From the IMG/VR virus record IMGVR_UViG_3300028888_000109: a stretch of DNA of 64,000 bases. One strand, written 5' to 3'. Both the position numbers and the translations under genes were made by a program. The notes under the pieces are model-generated. The model saw nothing but the letters and a program-made list of their open reading frames with translations, was not told where the DNA came from and made no database searches. Below, piece after piece: positions 19,092 through 28,440 of this stretch. Within the stretch, counting starts at the first letter, position 1. Each line of letters starts with the position of its first letter. This stretch comes from an uncultured virus (IMG/VR IMGVR_UViG_3300028888_000109). Taxonomy: Duplodnaviria; Heunggongvirae; Uroviricota; Caudoviricetes.

Positions 19092-19979
19092 ATGTTATCT
19101 CTCAATAATTATATATTTGAGTCACGAGAAGTTTCAACCACTTCTAATAAGCAACGTCGTAAAGAGCTTGAGAAGTGGTTGAAACATAAAAACTACGAAG
19201 ATTATGTAGATACACTTAATAAAATGTTGGAAGATCCAAAATCAGCAGCTTTATTAGAAGATGGTTTTGGTGGAGATTTAGGAGATACACAACTTAGATT
19301 TAGTGTACAAAAAATTCCAGTATCTCAATTAATGCCAACACAAAAAGAAATAGATTTGGATAAGTCTCTTAAACATGCTTTAACAAATGAAGAATCACTT
19401 AAGAAGACTTTTTCAAATCCTATTGAGATTAATAAACCAATAGTTACTTTTAGAAAGAACTATGTTATAGATGGTCATCACACTTGGTTACAAGCAATAG
19501 CTTTGAATCCAAATGGTAAAATATTAGCATTTAATTATGATGGTGATATTTCTCCAATTCAAATGTTAAAAGCTGTTCAAGGAACAATTGCTGCTGTAAA
19601 GGCAGATGACAATAATAATAATGGTAAGCTTCCATCAAATAAAGTGGAAGGACCTAATTTCTTTGATGATGACTTTGATAGAAAGAAAATACGCAAATAT
19701 CTTGAAGATACTTTTGATGATAGTTTAATTGATATATATTGTGAATATATTCCTGAATGTAAAGATAGAAATGACATTATGAAGTATCTTGAAGAAAGAC
19801 TATTAGATATAAAGGCAAATAATTATCCATTTGAAGCAGCACCTTCAAGAGATGATATGCCACAAGTTTTTAAGGGAGGTACAGATGCTGATGATAAATC
19901 TTCAGCACTTCCAGATAAAGAAGGTTCAGCAATGAATAAACTTAAAGATGACAAATTTATGAAGTCAGTTACAAAATGA
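19092..19979 (+). CDS. Leader-array protein with ParB/sulfiredoxin-like domain
   Basis: Leader MLSLNNYIFE-S; IPVSQLMPTQ...PIVT...YVIDGHHTW. Confidence 0.7.
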   Translation: MLSLNNYIFESREVSTTSNKQRRKELEKWLKHKNYEDYVDTLNKMLEDPKSAALLEDGFGGDLGDTQLRFSVQKIPVSQLMPTQKEIDLDKSLKHALTNEESLKKTFSNPIEINKPIVTFRKNYVIDGHHTWLQAIALNPNGKILAFNYDGDISPIQMLKAVQGTIAAVKADDNNNNGKLPSNKVEGPNFFDDDFDRKKIRKYLEDTFDDSLIDIYCEYIPECKDRNDIMKYLEERLLDIKANNYPFEAAPSRDDMPQVFKGGTDADDKSSALPDKEGSAMNKLKDDKFMKSVTK

Positions 19980-20362
19980 AAGACATTAAAGAATATATAA
20001 TAGAAGCAGTTGGTGGGGAAATTGAGTTTCAAGGTCAGAAATTCCAATTAAACCAAATTATAAAAGCTAATGTGCATAATGATATATATCAAGCAACTCG
20101 TGTAAAAGAGTTCACTGAAGATATGTGGAAAGACCTTAAGAAACAAGGCTGTACACATTTTATTTGCTTCCCACCTCATTACACAAAACCAGGAAATGAA
20201 AAGGTTGATGAGTTTCAAATAAAGATGTTTATTAAAGGAAAGACATCAGGCTTATTTATGCATAATGAAAGATATGCTTTATATGATGTAAAGACTCATG
20301 AATGCATTAATAAAGAAATCATGGAAAAGGGTAAAGCTTATAAAGTTATTAGATTTGAATAA
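19976..20362 (+). CDS. Leader-array protein
   Basis: Leader MKDIKEYIIE-A. Confidence 0.7.
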   Translation: MKDIKEYIIEAVGGEIEFQGQKFQLNQIIKANVHNDIYQATRVKEFTEDMWKDLKKQGCTHFICFPPHYTKPGNEKVDEFQIKMFIKGKTSGLFMHNERYALYDVKTHECINKEIMEKGKAYKVIRFE

Positions 20363-20363
20363 T

Positions 20364-20612
20364 ATGAAAGACTTAATTAGAACTATAACAGAATCAAAAT
20401 CTTGTCCTTATTGTAACATAAAAGACAAAGAGATTAATTCACTTGATGGCAAATTGTTGCCTAATTGTAGTGGTGATGATGATTTTAGTGTCATATATAA
20501 GGATTATGGCGATCCAAATAGCAAATATCACTTATTAATAAGTACTGGACGTAAAGGTGGAGTATATAGACCTAAATATTGTCCTGAATGTGGTAGAAAA
20601 TTAGAAGAATAA
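20364..20612 (+). CDS. Leader-array protein with zinc-ribbon
   Basis: Start reassigned to the ATG at 20364 (MKDLIRTITE-S); CPYC...CPECG. Confidence 0.7.
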   Translation: MKDLIRTITESKSCPYCNIKDKEINSLDGKLLPNCSGDDDFSVIYKDYGDPNSKYHLLISTGRKGGVYRPKYCPECGRKLEE

Positions 20613-20635
20613 TTTATAAAAACAATAAGAATTTT

Positions 20636-20881
20636 ATGAAAGATATAATAACAACTATAACTGAAGCAAATAAAGACTTTTCAGATTATAAACCAGAAGT
20701 AGCTGATCAATTATATGATATTTATTATAATCAAAGATTGAAAAGATTTGTAAATGCTATGATTCATTTTATTGAAGATGGTCATTATGAAAAGACTGGA
20801 TGGGAATCTGATGAATTGAAGAAACTTCTTCCAAAACTTAAGTCATTAAGGCAAGAACCAAAGGGATTTAAATCAAAATAA
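20636..20881 (+). CDS. Leader-array protein
   Basis: Leader MKDIITTITE-A. Confidence 0.7.
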   Translation: MKDIITTITEANKDFSDYKPEVADQLYDIYYNQRLKRFVNAMIHFIEDGHYEKTGWESDELKKLLPKLKSLRQEPKGFKSK

Positions 20882-20894
20882 ATTGTATAAGTAT

Positions 20895-21434
20895 ATGAAA
20901 GATATTAAAACATACATAAATGAAGCAAAGAAACCAGCACCTAAAAAAGAATATCCTATGAAAAAGAAAGAAACTTATGGAGAATTAGGTGAGAAATGGT
21001 TTGATAAATGTAGAAACTTTGCTACAGCTGGAAGTACACAATGGACCAAATATGGCATTAACGACTTTAAAGGATTCTTAGAAGATATGGAAAAGGAATT
21101 TGATCCACCTAAAGATAGTACAATTGCAACAAATCGTTGGGAAATGTGTAAAGCGCTTAAGGATGGAAATTTGAAAGAATTTGTCAAAATCGCTGAAGAT
21201 AAACATATTGATAAGTTTACTTATGGTGCATTTATGTCTGAACATGTGTATGGTTCATATTTCTTAGATACTTATATGCTTCTTAGAACTTATGAATATG
21301 TTCTTGATGGCAATTTAATTATTCGTAATGGTATATTAAATGCAATTTGGAGAATTGATGATACTGATAATTGGTATGATAAATTTATTCCTGAAATACA
21401 TAAATTAGAAAAACAAGTTCCTGGACATAAATAA
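20895..21434 (+). CDS. Leader-array protein
   Basis: Start reassigned to the ATG at 20895 (MKDIKTYINE-A). Confidence 0.7.
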   Translation: MKDIKTYINEAKKPAPKKEYPMKKKETYGELGEKWFDKCRNFATAGSTQWTKYGINDFKGFLEDMEKEFDPPKDSTIATNRWEMCKALKDGNLKEFVKIAEDKHIDKFTYGAFMSEHVYGSYFLDTYMLLRTYEYVLDGNLIIRNGILNAIWRIDDTDNWYDKFIPEIHKLEKQVPGHK

Positions 21435-21455
21435 TAAAAATATATTGATAATAAA

Positions 21456-21812
21456 ATGAAAGACATTAAAGAATATATATTAGAATCTCAAGATACTAGT
21501 TTTTCTTGCAATATTTCACAAGTAGAAAGTGGCAAACGCAATGATGCTTTCTTATTTAAGAAAATTCAAAAATCATTAGAATCTAAAAAAGATACACATA
21601 TTTCAGTTGATTGTGGAAAAGCTGGTGTATGCGAAATTGAATTTACTAATTTCAACAATAATGTCTGCGACATAAGTATGAGATTAAAAGATCTTGGAAA
21701 ATATATGAAATTTTCTAAAGAAGTAGATTCTGAATGGACAGATAATGGTTCTTCGAAAGATTTGTATAATACAATGTTGATAGTATTAAGAAATATACAA
21801 AGTAAATTATAA
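21456..21812 (+). CDS. Leader-array protein
   Basis: Leader MKDIKEYILE-S. Confidence 0.7.
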   Translation: MKDIKEYILESQDTSFSCNISQVESGKRNDAFLFKKIQKSLESKKDTHISVDCGKAGVCEIEFTNFNNNVCDISMRLKDLGKYMKFSKEVDSEWTDNGSSKDLYNTMLIVLRNIQSKL

Positions 21813-22378
21813 TGAAAGATATAGTTAGATTTATAAATGAAGCTAAGCAATCAACACCATCTGTAAATTTCGAAGAATTTAAGGATGAAATTGATGCTTT
21901 GAATGAAAAGTTAAAATCTTACACATTTGCAGTATTTGATGATGAAGGTGAACATTTATATGTTCGCGATAAAGATTCAAAGAAATGGTATACAGCATTG
22001 CCAGATAAGTTTAGATTAGATCATTGGACACTTAGTGATATGGTTAAAACTGCTCCTAAATTGTGTGATACTCTTTATGTTGCAGTTAAGACATATGAAC
22101 TTCCAAACCATCAATCAAAAATTAATGGAATAATTAAACATTATGCTCGTCCTGTTTTAACACATCAAGGTATGTTCTTTAATTCAGATAAAGAATGTAA
22201 ACAATTCATTAAAGCTGTTAAGAATGAGTTAAGACCAGATAATGGAGAAGTTAAGAAGTATAAATTGATTCCAATGACAGTAAAAGCATTTGTAGATTTT
22301 CTTAATGCTGAAACTAAAAAAGGTTCATATTATAGCTATGAACATCAAGACACTCAATTTGCAAAATATAATGATTAA
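21812..22378 (+). CDS. Leader-array protein
   Basis: Leader MKDIVRFINE-A. Confidence 0.7.
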   Translation: MKDIVRFINEAKQSTPSVNFEEFKDEIDALNEKLKSYTFAVFDDEGEHLYVRDKDSKKWYTALPDKFRLDHWTLSDMVKTAPKLCDTLYVAVKTYELPNHQSKINGIIKHYARPVLTHQGMFFNSDKECKQFIKAVKNELRPDNGEVKKYKLIPMTVKAFVDFLNAETKKGSYYSYEHQDTQFAKYND

Positions 22379-22381
22379 AAT

Positions 22382-22603
22382 ATGAAAGATATAAATAAAT
22401 TTATTAACGAAAATGAAATACAATTTCCACATTGGAAAGATGAATATTGGTCTGAAAATCTCATCAATCATTTAGATTCTCTTGATAGAGAAAAGAATGA
22501 ATTAGCAGAAATAATTGGTTGGTTCATTGTTAAAGCTCTTGGAGAAACTCCAAAATCTACTTATAAAGAATTACGTAAACAAATAGATACCGCATTAGTA
22601 TAA
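22382..22603 (+). CDS. Leader-array protein
   Basis: Leader MKDINKFINE-N. Confidence 0.7.
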   Translation: MKDINKFINENEIQFPHWKDEYWSENLINHLDSLDREKNELAEIIGWFIVKALGETPKSTYKELRKQIDTALV

Positions 22604-23439
22604 TGAAAGATATAGTTAAATATTTAACTGAAAGCAAGACAGTTGAAAGTTTTTCAAAAGCTACAGTAGCTGCTATTGAACAAAATCTTCTTGGGATGAA
22701 GGTTAAGTTTAATATTGAAGGTTGGGATTTCAAAAATTTTAAAGTTTTTGAAAAGGGTAAATATATTATGATGTCCTATACTGCTATTAAAAAGGATAAA
22801 AAAACAACTATAGAAGAAAAAGGAGATCAAATATTTGTTAGTTCTGATAGAATAAGTTTTGGTTATTCTGGCCATTCATTAAATTTTACTAATACATATT
22901 CATATACTAAAGATAGATATGCTGAATTGATTTCTACTGAATATGATAAAAAGAAAAATTTAACATGTCTCGAATATAAACTTAAATCACATCGTTATGA
23001 TCGTGGATTTGAATGGTTATCTGGTACAGTTAAAATTTATATCCCATCAGATATTATGAATGCTCAAGAATCATATTCTATTGATTGTAAAGGATATGAT
23101 AAGTTCATGGAAAAATATTTACCAGCTAAAAAAGAATATCTTAAGGAAATAGACCCAGAAGATTTGAAATTCTGGTCTTCTATGATGGAAAATAATGAGA
23201 TGTTTATTACTCTTGAACTTGAAACTGGTAAAGGATATGGTGATAATCATCATAGAACTAAAGATTATAATTTCACTTGGAAAGACTATTCTTATAATTG
23301 TGATAAGATGTTAGCTGATAAAGATCATGAAGCACAAATTGTAAGAAAATTTATAAGTGGATTACAAGAATTCTTAAAAGAGAAAAAGGATAAAAAACCT
23401 GAAAAGGTACATGTTAAAATAAATCAAGAATTAGACTAA
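22603..23439 (+). CDS. Leader-array protein
   Basis: Leader MKDIVKYLTE-S. Confidence 0.7.
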   Translation: MKDIVKYLTESKTVESFSKATVAAIEQNLLGMKVKFNIEGWDFKNFKVFEKGKYIMMSYTAIKKDKKTTIEEKGDQIFVSSDRISFGYSGHSLNFTNTYSYTKDRYAELISTEYDKKKNLTCLEYKLKSHRYDRGFEWLSGTVKIYIPSDIMNAQESYSIDCKGYDKFMEKYLPAKKEYLKEIDPEDLKFWSSMMENNEMFITLELETGKGYGDNHHRTKDYNFTWKDYSYNCDKMLADKDHEAQIVRKFISGLQEFLKEKKDKKPEKVHVKINQELD

Positions 23440-23885
23440 TGAAAAACATTACTACATTTATAACAGAGGCTGTTAAATTTGATTATTGGAAAGATGTAAT
23501 TGAATTTCCTGGTTATGAATTAAAAGTACCTAAGAAATATGTTAAACCAGTTCAAACAAAATATTATCAAGAAGAATTTTTAGAGAAATATTTTGGTTGG
23601 CTTAATCAATGGCTTGATAAGAATATCAAAAAGGTAATTCAAATAGTAACTAAAGAAAATAAAGATTTTCCAGATGAAATTTCAATTAAATTACCAAGTA
23701 AATTAGGTGGTAGTTTACAATTGGACTGGGATTGTGGTTGGACTGATGGAGTACCTCATGGTTCTCTTCGTGATGTTGAATTAAAAGTAAATAATGTTTC
23801 TCCATCATCAATGAGTCATAGTGAATTTTATCAAGCTCAAGAAGATTTAGAACATTTTAAATTAAACGAACCAATTAAATTTTAA
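23439..23885 (+). CDS. Leader-array protein
   Basis: Leader MKNITTFITE-A. Confidence 0.7.
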   Translation: MKNITTFITEAVKFDYWKDVIEFPGYELKVPKKYVKPVQTKYYQEEFLEKYFGWLNQWLDKNIKKVIQIVTKENKDFPDEISIKLPSKLGGSLQLDWDCGWTDGVPHGSLRDVELKVNNVSPSSMSHSEFYQAQEDLEHFKLNEPIKF

Positions 23886-23897
23886 TATATAATAATT

Positions 23898-24581
23898 ATG
23901 AAAGATATAACAAAATATTTGTATGAAAGTTCATCACCACAGCCATTTACTAAAAAAATATATAGGGCTAATATTGGTAGATTATCAGATAAAAATGATA
24001 TAAAATCAAGAATTGGTGATGTTACCACATTAACATATAAAAGCTATTCTAATTCAGGAAAATCATTTACTTTTGGTGAACCACGTGAAGGTTATGGTAC
24101 AGATTGGGCCTTTGCATTAGAAATTAAAGAAAAGGATAATGATTCTAAGGAAAGTATTGAGAAATTTTTAACTAATTTAAATAAAGATAATAAATTCTAT
24201 CAATATTTTCTTGATTATGTTCCTGCTGATGATGAAGCTAAAAAAGCTAAAAAAGAATATGAATCTAAAAAATGGACTCTTGAAAGTCTTTTGAAAGCTA
24301 TTAAAGCAGATAAAGATTTAGTTTCATTAAAGCATGATTATCGAATTGATGATGTATGGCAACAAAAAAGTAAAGATACTAAGATAAAAGCTATATATGT
24401 AGATTCATATTGGAGAATATTTATTGAAGATAATAAGATACTTGTTGAACGTGCATCATGGCATACATATGAAGTACCTAATTTACAAAGTTTATATAAA
24501 GTATTAAGTGCTGATAGTACAAGTAATTCGGATGAATCAAAAAGACAAGAATATTCAATTGTATATACTAAAAAACGTTAA
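23898..24581 (+). CDS. Leader-array protein
   Basis: Leader MKDITKYLYE-S. Confidence 0.7.
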   Translation: MKDITKYLYESSSPQPFTKKIYRANIGRLSDKNDIKSRIGDVTTLTYKSYSNSGKSFTFGEPREGYGTDWAFALEIKEKDNDSKESIEKFLTNLNKDNKFYQYFLDYVPADDEAKKAKKEYESKKWTLESLLKAIKADKDLVSLKHDYRIDDVWQQKSKDTKIKAIYVDSYWRIFIEDNKILVERASWHTYEVPNLQSLYKVLSADSTSNSDESKRQEYSIVYTKKR

Positions 24582-24600
24582 ATAAAATAAAAACTAAATT

Positions 24601-25200
24601 ATGAAACAAATTACAAAATATATAAATGAATCAAATTATGATTCATCTGATTTAGAAAATCTTAAAAAGCAACTTCTTAAAATGAATGGTGGTGATAGGG
24701 TTCATGCTGTTTGGGGAGTTCGTGAAAAGTGGACTGATGCAACCCGTAAAGATAGGATGGTTGATTATGCTATTTCTATAGATAAAGAAAAAGGTGATAA
24801 ATATGTCATTTGTGGTGTAATTGATTTTCCAGCACATGATTTATTCTGGGATGCTTTAAGAGAATCTGGAGTAGAAAAGTGGTATCATTTTAAAGGATGG
24901 GCTGTTAGACTTGGATATGAAGATATGATAAAAGTTCTTGATGCTATGCCACAATTCTTTAATAAATATCTTAATAAAAATGGCAAAGGTATTTGGCATT
25001 ATCTTTCATTTGATAAAAAAGAATGTGAAGAGGAATGCAAGAGACAAATTAGACCACTCACAATTACTTCTTTAGAAGATGAAATAAAAGGAATAGAACA
25101 AGGTATTAAAGAACTTGAAGCAAAGAAAGCTCAATTACAAGAACTTAAGAAAGCCCAAGCAGAAGAAGATTTATTCAAATATGTAAATAGTGAAAAATAA
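24601..25200 (+). CDS. Leader-array protein with C-terminal coiled coil
   Basis: Leader MKQITKYINE-S. Confidence 0.7.
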   Translation: MKQITKYINESNYDSSDLENLKKQLLKMNGGDRVHAVWGVREKWTDATRKDRMVDYAISIDKEKGDKYVICGVIDFPAHDLFWDALRESGVEKWYHFKGWAVRLGYEDMIKVLDAMPQFFNKYLNKNGKGIWHYLSFDKKECEEECKRQIRPLTITSLEDEIKGIEQGIKELEAKKAQLQELKKAQAEEDLFKYVNSEK

Positions 25201-25237
25201 ATTCTATTTTAAATAAGAAAATAATTTGACAAGATAA

Positions 25238-26272
25238 ATGAAATTTACAAAGAAGACGATTTATGTCAGTCTCTTTGCTATTCTTTATTTAATTGTTGCA
25301 TTTAGTTCGTTTTTTCATGCATGTGCGTTCTTTGGTTTAGCTAATAATTCTTGGATGTCAATTATATTGGCATTTGCATTCGAGGTAGGTCAAGCGGCAG
25401 TATTATTTAGCTTGCTTACATCCCCTAAAGATAGAAGTAGAATAATGCCTTGGGTGCTTATGACAATGTTTACATTAGTACAGGTTATAGGTAATGTTTA
25501 TAGTTCATATAAATACATTATTCTTAATTCAGTTGAAAATCTTAGATATTTTAAAGAACCAATATTTATTTGGACTGATTTACCTGATGCTCAAGCTAAT
25601 GTTATAATTGTTTACCTTGTAGGTGCATTGCTTCCTATTGCAGCATTGTTACTTACATCAATGATAACAAATTATTTGACAGACCAATCAGAAGAAAATA
25701 ATTCTCCTATTTTGTTACCTGAAACAACAGAAAAAGGACCAGAAAATCCACCAATAGAAATTAAAAATAAAGAAGAATTTTTTAAAGTATATGGTGATAA
25801 AGATGAACAAGATAATTCATTAGAAGGAGAAGAAGTTGGAGAAGAAGTTGGAGAAGAATTAGATGATGAACAAGAAATAGATAATTTAAACGCAACAATT
25901 AACAAGAAAGATGAAGAGATTGATAATTTGAAAAAGGAGTTAGAAAAGTTAAAAAATGATCAAGAAAAAGAAAATTCACAACAAGGGTTGTCCGAATCAA
26001 ATGTGGAACTCACCAGAACAACAGAAGTACAGAGAACAGATGGAACTGGAGGAGAAATTACAATCACAGAAGATAAATCCAATAATAATGGAGAACAAAC
26101 AATGGCTCCAACTGAAGATCAAACAAAAACCAAAGATACAACTCCAGAAGATTCAAAACAAGAGGATAATGAAGTACATACAGAATCAAATGAAGGAAAT
26201 TCTCAAGAAATTCATGAAGAACAAAAAATAGTTGAAGAATCTAAAAAACCTTCACATTTTGTGAATCTTTAA
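25238..26272 (+). CDS. Membrane protein (about 4 TM helices) with long acidic/disordered tail
   Basis: Hydrophobic N-terminal ~145 aa; E/D/N/T-rich tail with a GEEV repeat and a short coiled coil. Confidence 0.75.
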   Translation: MKFTKKTIYVSLFAILYLIVAFSSFFHACAFFGLANNSWMSIILAFAFEVGQAAVLFSLLTSPKDRSRIMPWVLMTMFTLVQVIGNVYSSYKYIILNSVENLRYFKEPIFIWTDLPDAQANVIIVYLVGALLPIAALLLTSMITNYLTDQSEENNSPILLPETTEKGPENPPIEIKNKEEFFKVYGDKDEQDNSLEGEEVGEEVGEELDDEQEIDNLNATINKKDEEIDNLKKELEKLKNDQEKENSQQGLSESNVELTRTTEVQRTDGTGGEITITEDKSNNNGEQTMAPTEDQTKTKDTTPEDSKQEDNEVHTESNEGNSQEIHEEQKIVEESKKPSHFVNL

Positions 26273-26277
26273 TATAA

Positions 26278-26309
26278 AAGCGGAATGAAATATTTCCGCT
26301 TATTTTTTT
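26278..26309 (+). terminator. Intrinsic terminator
   Basis: AAGCGGAA...TTCCGCTT + T tract. Confidence 0.7.
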
Positions 26310-26320
26310 GTCTTTATTTT

Positions 26321-26348
26321 TTGAATATTATATAAAAAATACTATATT
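26321..26348 (+). promoter_or_regulatory. Conserved phage promoter TTGAAT-N16-TATATT
   Basis: Followed by ATATATGTAAA, as at 48024, 51293 and 56062. Confidence 0.7.
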
Positions 26349-26377
26349 ATATATGTAAATAATAAAAATATTAAATC

Positions 26378-26653
26378 ATGGCATATTTGACAGATTCTTA
26401 TTTAGAAGGACTTGGTTTTTCACTAAGTTGGTCACAAGAACATAGTTATCATGACCAATATACTAAATATGATAAGGATGTAACAAAAGCAATTATATTA
26501 GTAGCCAAAACCGATATTGATAAAAAGAAGGAATATGTTTTTGATGTATGGTTTTGGGGACAGACTTCTCAAGGTGATTATAGAGAAATTGACTCACGCA
26601 TGTCAATATCCACAACTAAAGAGTTAGATAATGTTTTAAGATATTTAAGTTAA
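26378..26653 (+). CDS. Hypothetical protein
   Basis: 91-aa ORF after the promoter. Confidence 0.65.
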   Translation: MAYLTDSYLEGLGFSLSWSQEHSYHDQYTKYDKDVTKAIILVAKTDIDKKKEYVFDVWFWGQTSQGDYREIDSRMSISTTKELDNVLRYLS

Positions 26654-26655
26654 AT

Positions 26656-27069
26656 ATGATTACAGTTAGAGAATTTCGTAATTTAATAAATATTGGTCCT
26701 GAGGATTTCAAACGTGTATTCAGGAAATGGGAGCACGGAAAGCCTGAAGATTTCATGAAGCGTAATCACTACCCAATGCCAAATTTGGTTAGTGTAAAAA
26801 TTCAGGAAATTACTTCTCGTTGCAACGATATGGGAGGCAAAATCTACAAGATTGTCATGGAAGATGATTTTGATTATGATTTTGAAATGCTTCCGGATGA
26901 GATGATTAAGTTTTTCTGTGAAGGAAAAGATGATAATGATTTGCTAGACTTTGTACTATACACAGAAGATACTCCTGGTCATTACAATCATGTTCCTCTT
27001 ATATTTTCTGAAGGTGACACAGGTTATAGTGATAAGATTAAACAAATATATATTGACGAAGATGTATAA
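26656..27069 (+). CDS. Hypothetical protein
   Basis: 137-aa ORF. Confidence 0.7.
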   Translation: MITVREFRNLINIGPEDFKRVFRKWEHGKPEDFMKRNHYPMPNLVSVKIQEITSRCNDMGGKIYKIVMEDDFDYDFEMLPDEMIKFFCEGKDDNDLLDFVLYTEDTPGHYNHVPLIFSEGDTGYSDKIKQIYIDEDV

Positions 27070-27316
27070 TCATATAAAAAATGCCACCACTCATTTTATA
27101 AATGAGTTAAAAGATGAAGAGTTTGAATATGCTGTAACATTTGCTAAAGATTTCATAAAAGATGAATATCTTGGTTATGAGATGAAAAAAGATTTTTTAT
27201 GGACTCTTGTCAATTTGAATCGACCTCTTTTTATTAAGGCAATGAAAGATGCATGTTTAGAGTTTATAAATAATGTTGATAAACAGGCTGAATTAATGAA
27301 ATCTAAAGGTTATTAA
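27062..27316 (+). CDS. Hypothetical protein
   Basis: Start reassigned to MYNHIK. Confidence 0.6.
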   Translation: MYNHIKNATTHFINELKDEEFEYAVTFAKDFIKDEYLGYEMKKDFLWTLVNLNRPLFIKAMKDACLEFINNVDKQAELMKSKGY

Positions 27317-27337
27317 TTTATATTTGTTTTACTTTTA

Positions 27338-27368
27338 GGGAAGTAGTTGAAAGACTACTTCCCATTTT
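27338..27368 (+). terminator. Intrinsic terminator
   Basis: GGGAAGTAGT-TGAAAG-ACTACTTCCC + ATTTT. Confidence 0.7.
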
Positions 27369-27400
27369 CTATTTTAAATTAAAAGTATTAAAATAAGTTA

Positions 27401-28318
27401 ATGAAAGAAAGAGCATCAATGAATAGGACAATTACTTTGTCTGAAGATGAAAGATATACTTACCAAGATTATATTTGTCATGAATTTTCATTAAATGAAA
27501 ATAGTGTTATTCAAGGTGATTTTTGGGAAATAAATGAACAAATACCAGACAAATATGTGGATTTGATTTTATTAGACCCACCTTATAATCTTTCTAAACA
27601 ATATGGAGAAACACAATTCAAGGCAATGTCTTCTGAAGAGTATTTTAATTATTCATTAGATATTTTTGAAAGATGTTTACGTGTATTAAAAGATGGTGGA
27701 ACAATGTATATATGTGGTGATTGGAAAACTTCATATATACAACGTAAAGCTTTAGAAGTGTTAGAAAACCAAGATAAATGTGATGTTATAAATCGTATAA
27801 CTTGGTCACGAGATAAAGGTAGAGGTGCTGCTAATAATTGGAAAAACAATATTGAAGATATTTATATGGTTGTAAAATCAAAAGACCAATATACTTTCAA
27901 TATTGATGCAGTTAAAATGCGTAAGACTGTATTAGCTCCTTATAAAGATAAAAATGGTAATAATAAAGATTGGCAAGATGATGGTGAAGGAGCTTATAGA
28001 ATGACACATCCATCTAATGTTTGGTTTGATATTACAGTACCATTTTGGTCAATGTCCGAAAATACTGACCACCCAACACAAAAATCAGAAAAACTTTATG
28101 CTAAATTGATTTTAGCTTCTTCTAATAAAGGAGATATAGTTTATGAACCTTTTGCTGGAGTATTTACTGGTTGTGTAACAGCTCAAAAATTAGGTCGTAA
28201 TTGGTTTGGTGTTGAATATGAAAATGAATATTGTCTTTTAGGTCAAAAACGTTTATGTTTGGCAGAAATAAATCAAACTATTCAGGGATATGAAGAAGGA
28301 ATCTTTAGAGATAAATAA
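27401..28318 (+). CDS. N4-C/N6-A DNA methyltransferase (beta class)
   Basis: LILLDPPYN precedes HPTQKS and VYEPFAG; GRNWFGVE. Confidence 0.9.
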   Translation: MKERASMNRTITLSEDERYTYQDYICHEFSLNENSVIQGDFWEINEQIPDKYVDLILLDPPYNLSKQYGETQFKAMSSEEYFNYSLDIFERCLRVLKDGGTMYICGDWKTSYIQRKALEVLENQDKCDVINRITWSRDKGRGAANNWKNNIEDIYMVVKSKDQYTFNIDAVKMRKTVLAPYKDKNGNNKDWQDDGEGAYRMTHPSNVWFDITVPFWSMSENTDHPTQKSEKLYAKLILASSNKGDIVYEPFAGVFTGCVTAQKLGRNWFGVEYENEYCLLGQKRLCLAEINQTIQGYEEGIFRDK

Positions 28319-28440
28319 AATTCAATCAGACATACATTCTATATTAAGAAAATATTTATTTAAACCTAATAATCATTTTATTAGAAATAGTGTTTATCAT
28401 GATATGTGTAGAATATTAAAAAAATATGATATAAAAGAAT

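Noticed and set aside
15279..25200. CRISPR array or DNA tandem repeat explanation for the repeated starts
   Set aside because: The repeats are degenerate, in frame and conserved at the protein level, and they are separated by full ORFs of variable length.
25826..25858. GGAGAAGAAGTT tandem repeat (GEEV x3)
   Set aside because: Low-complexity coding repeat in a disordered tail.
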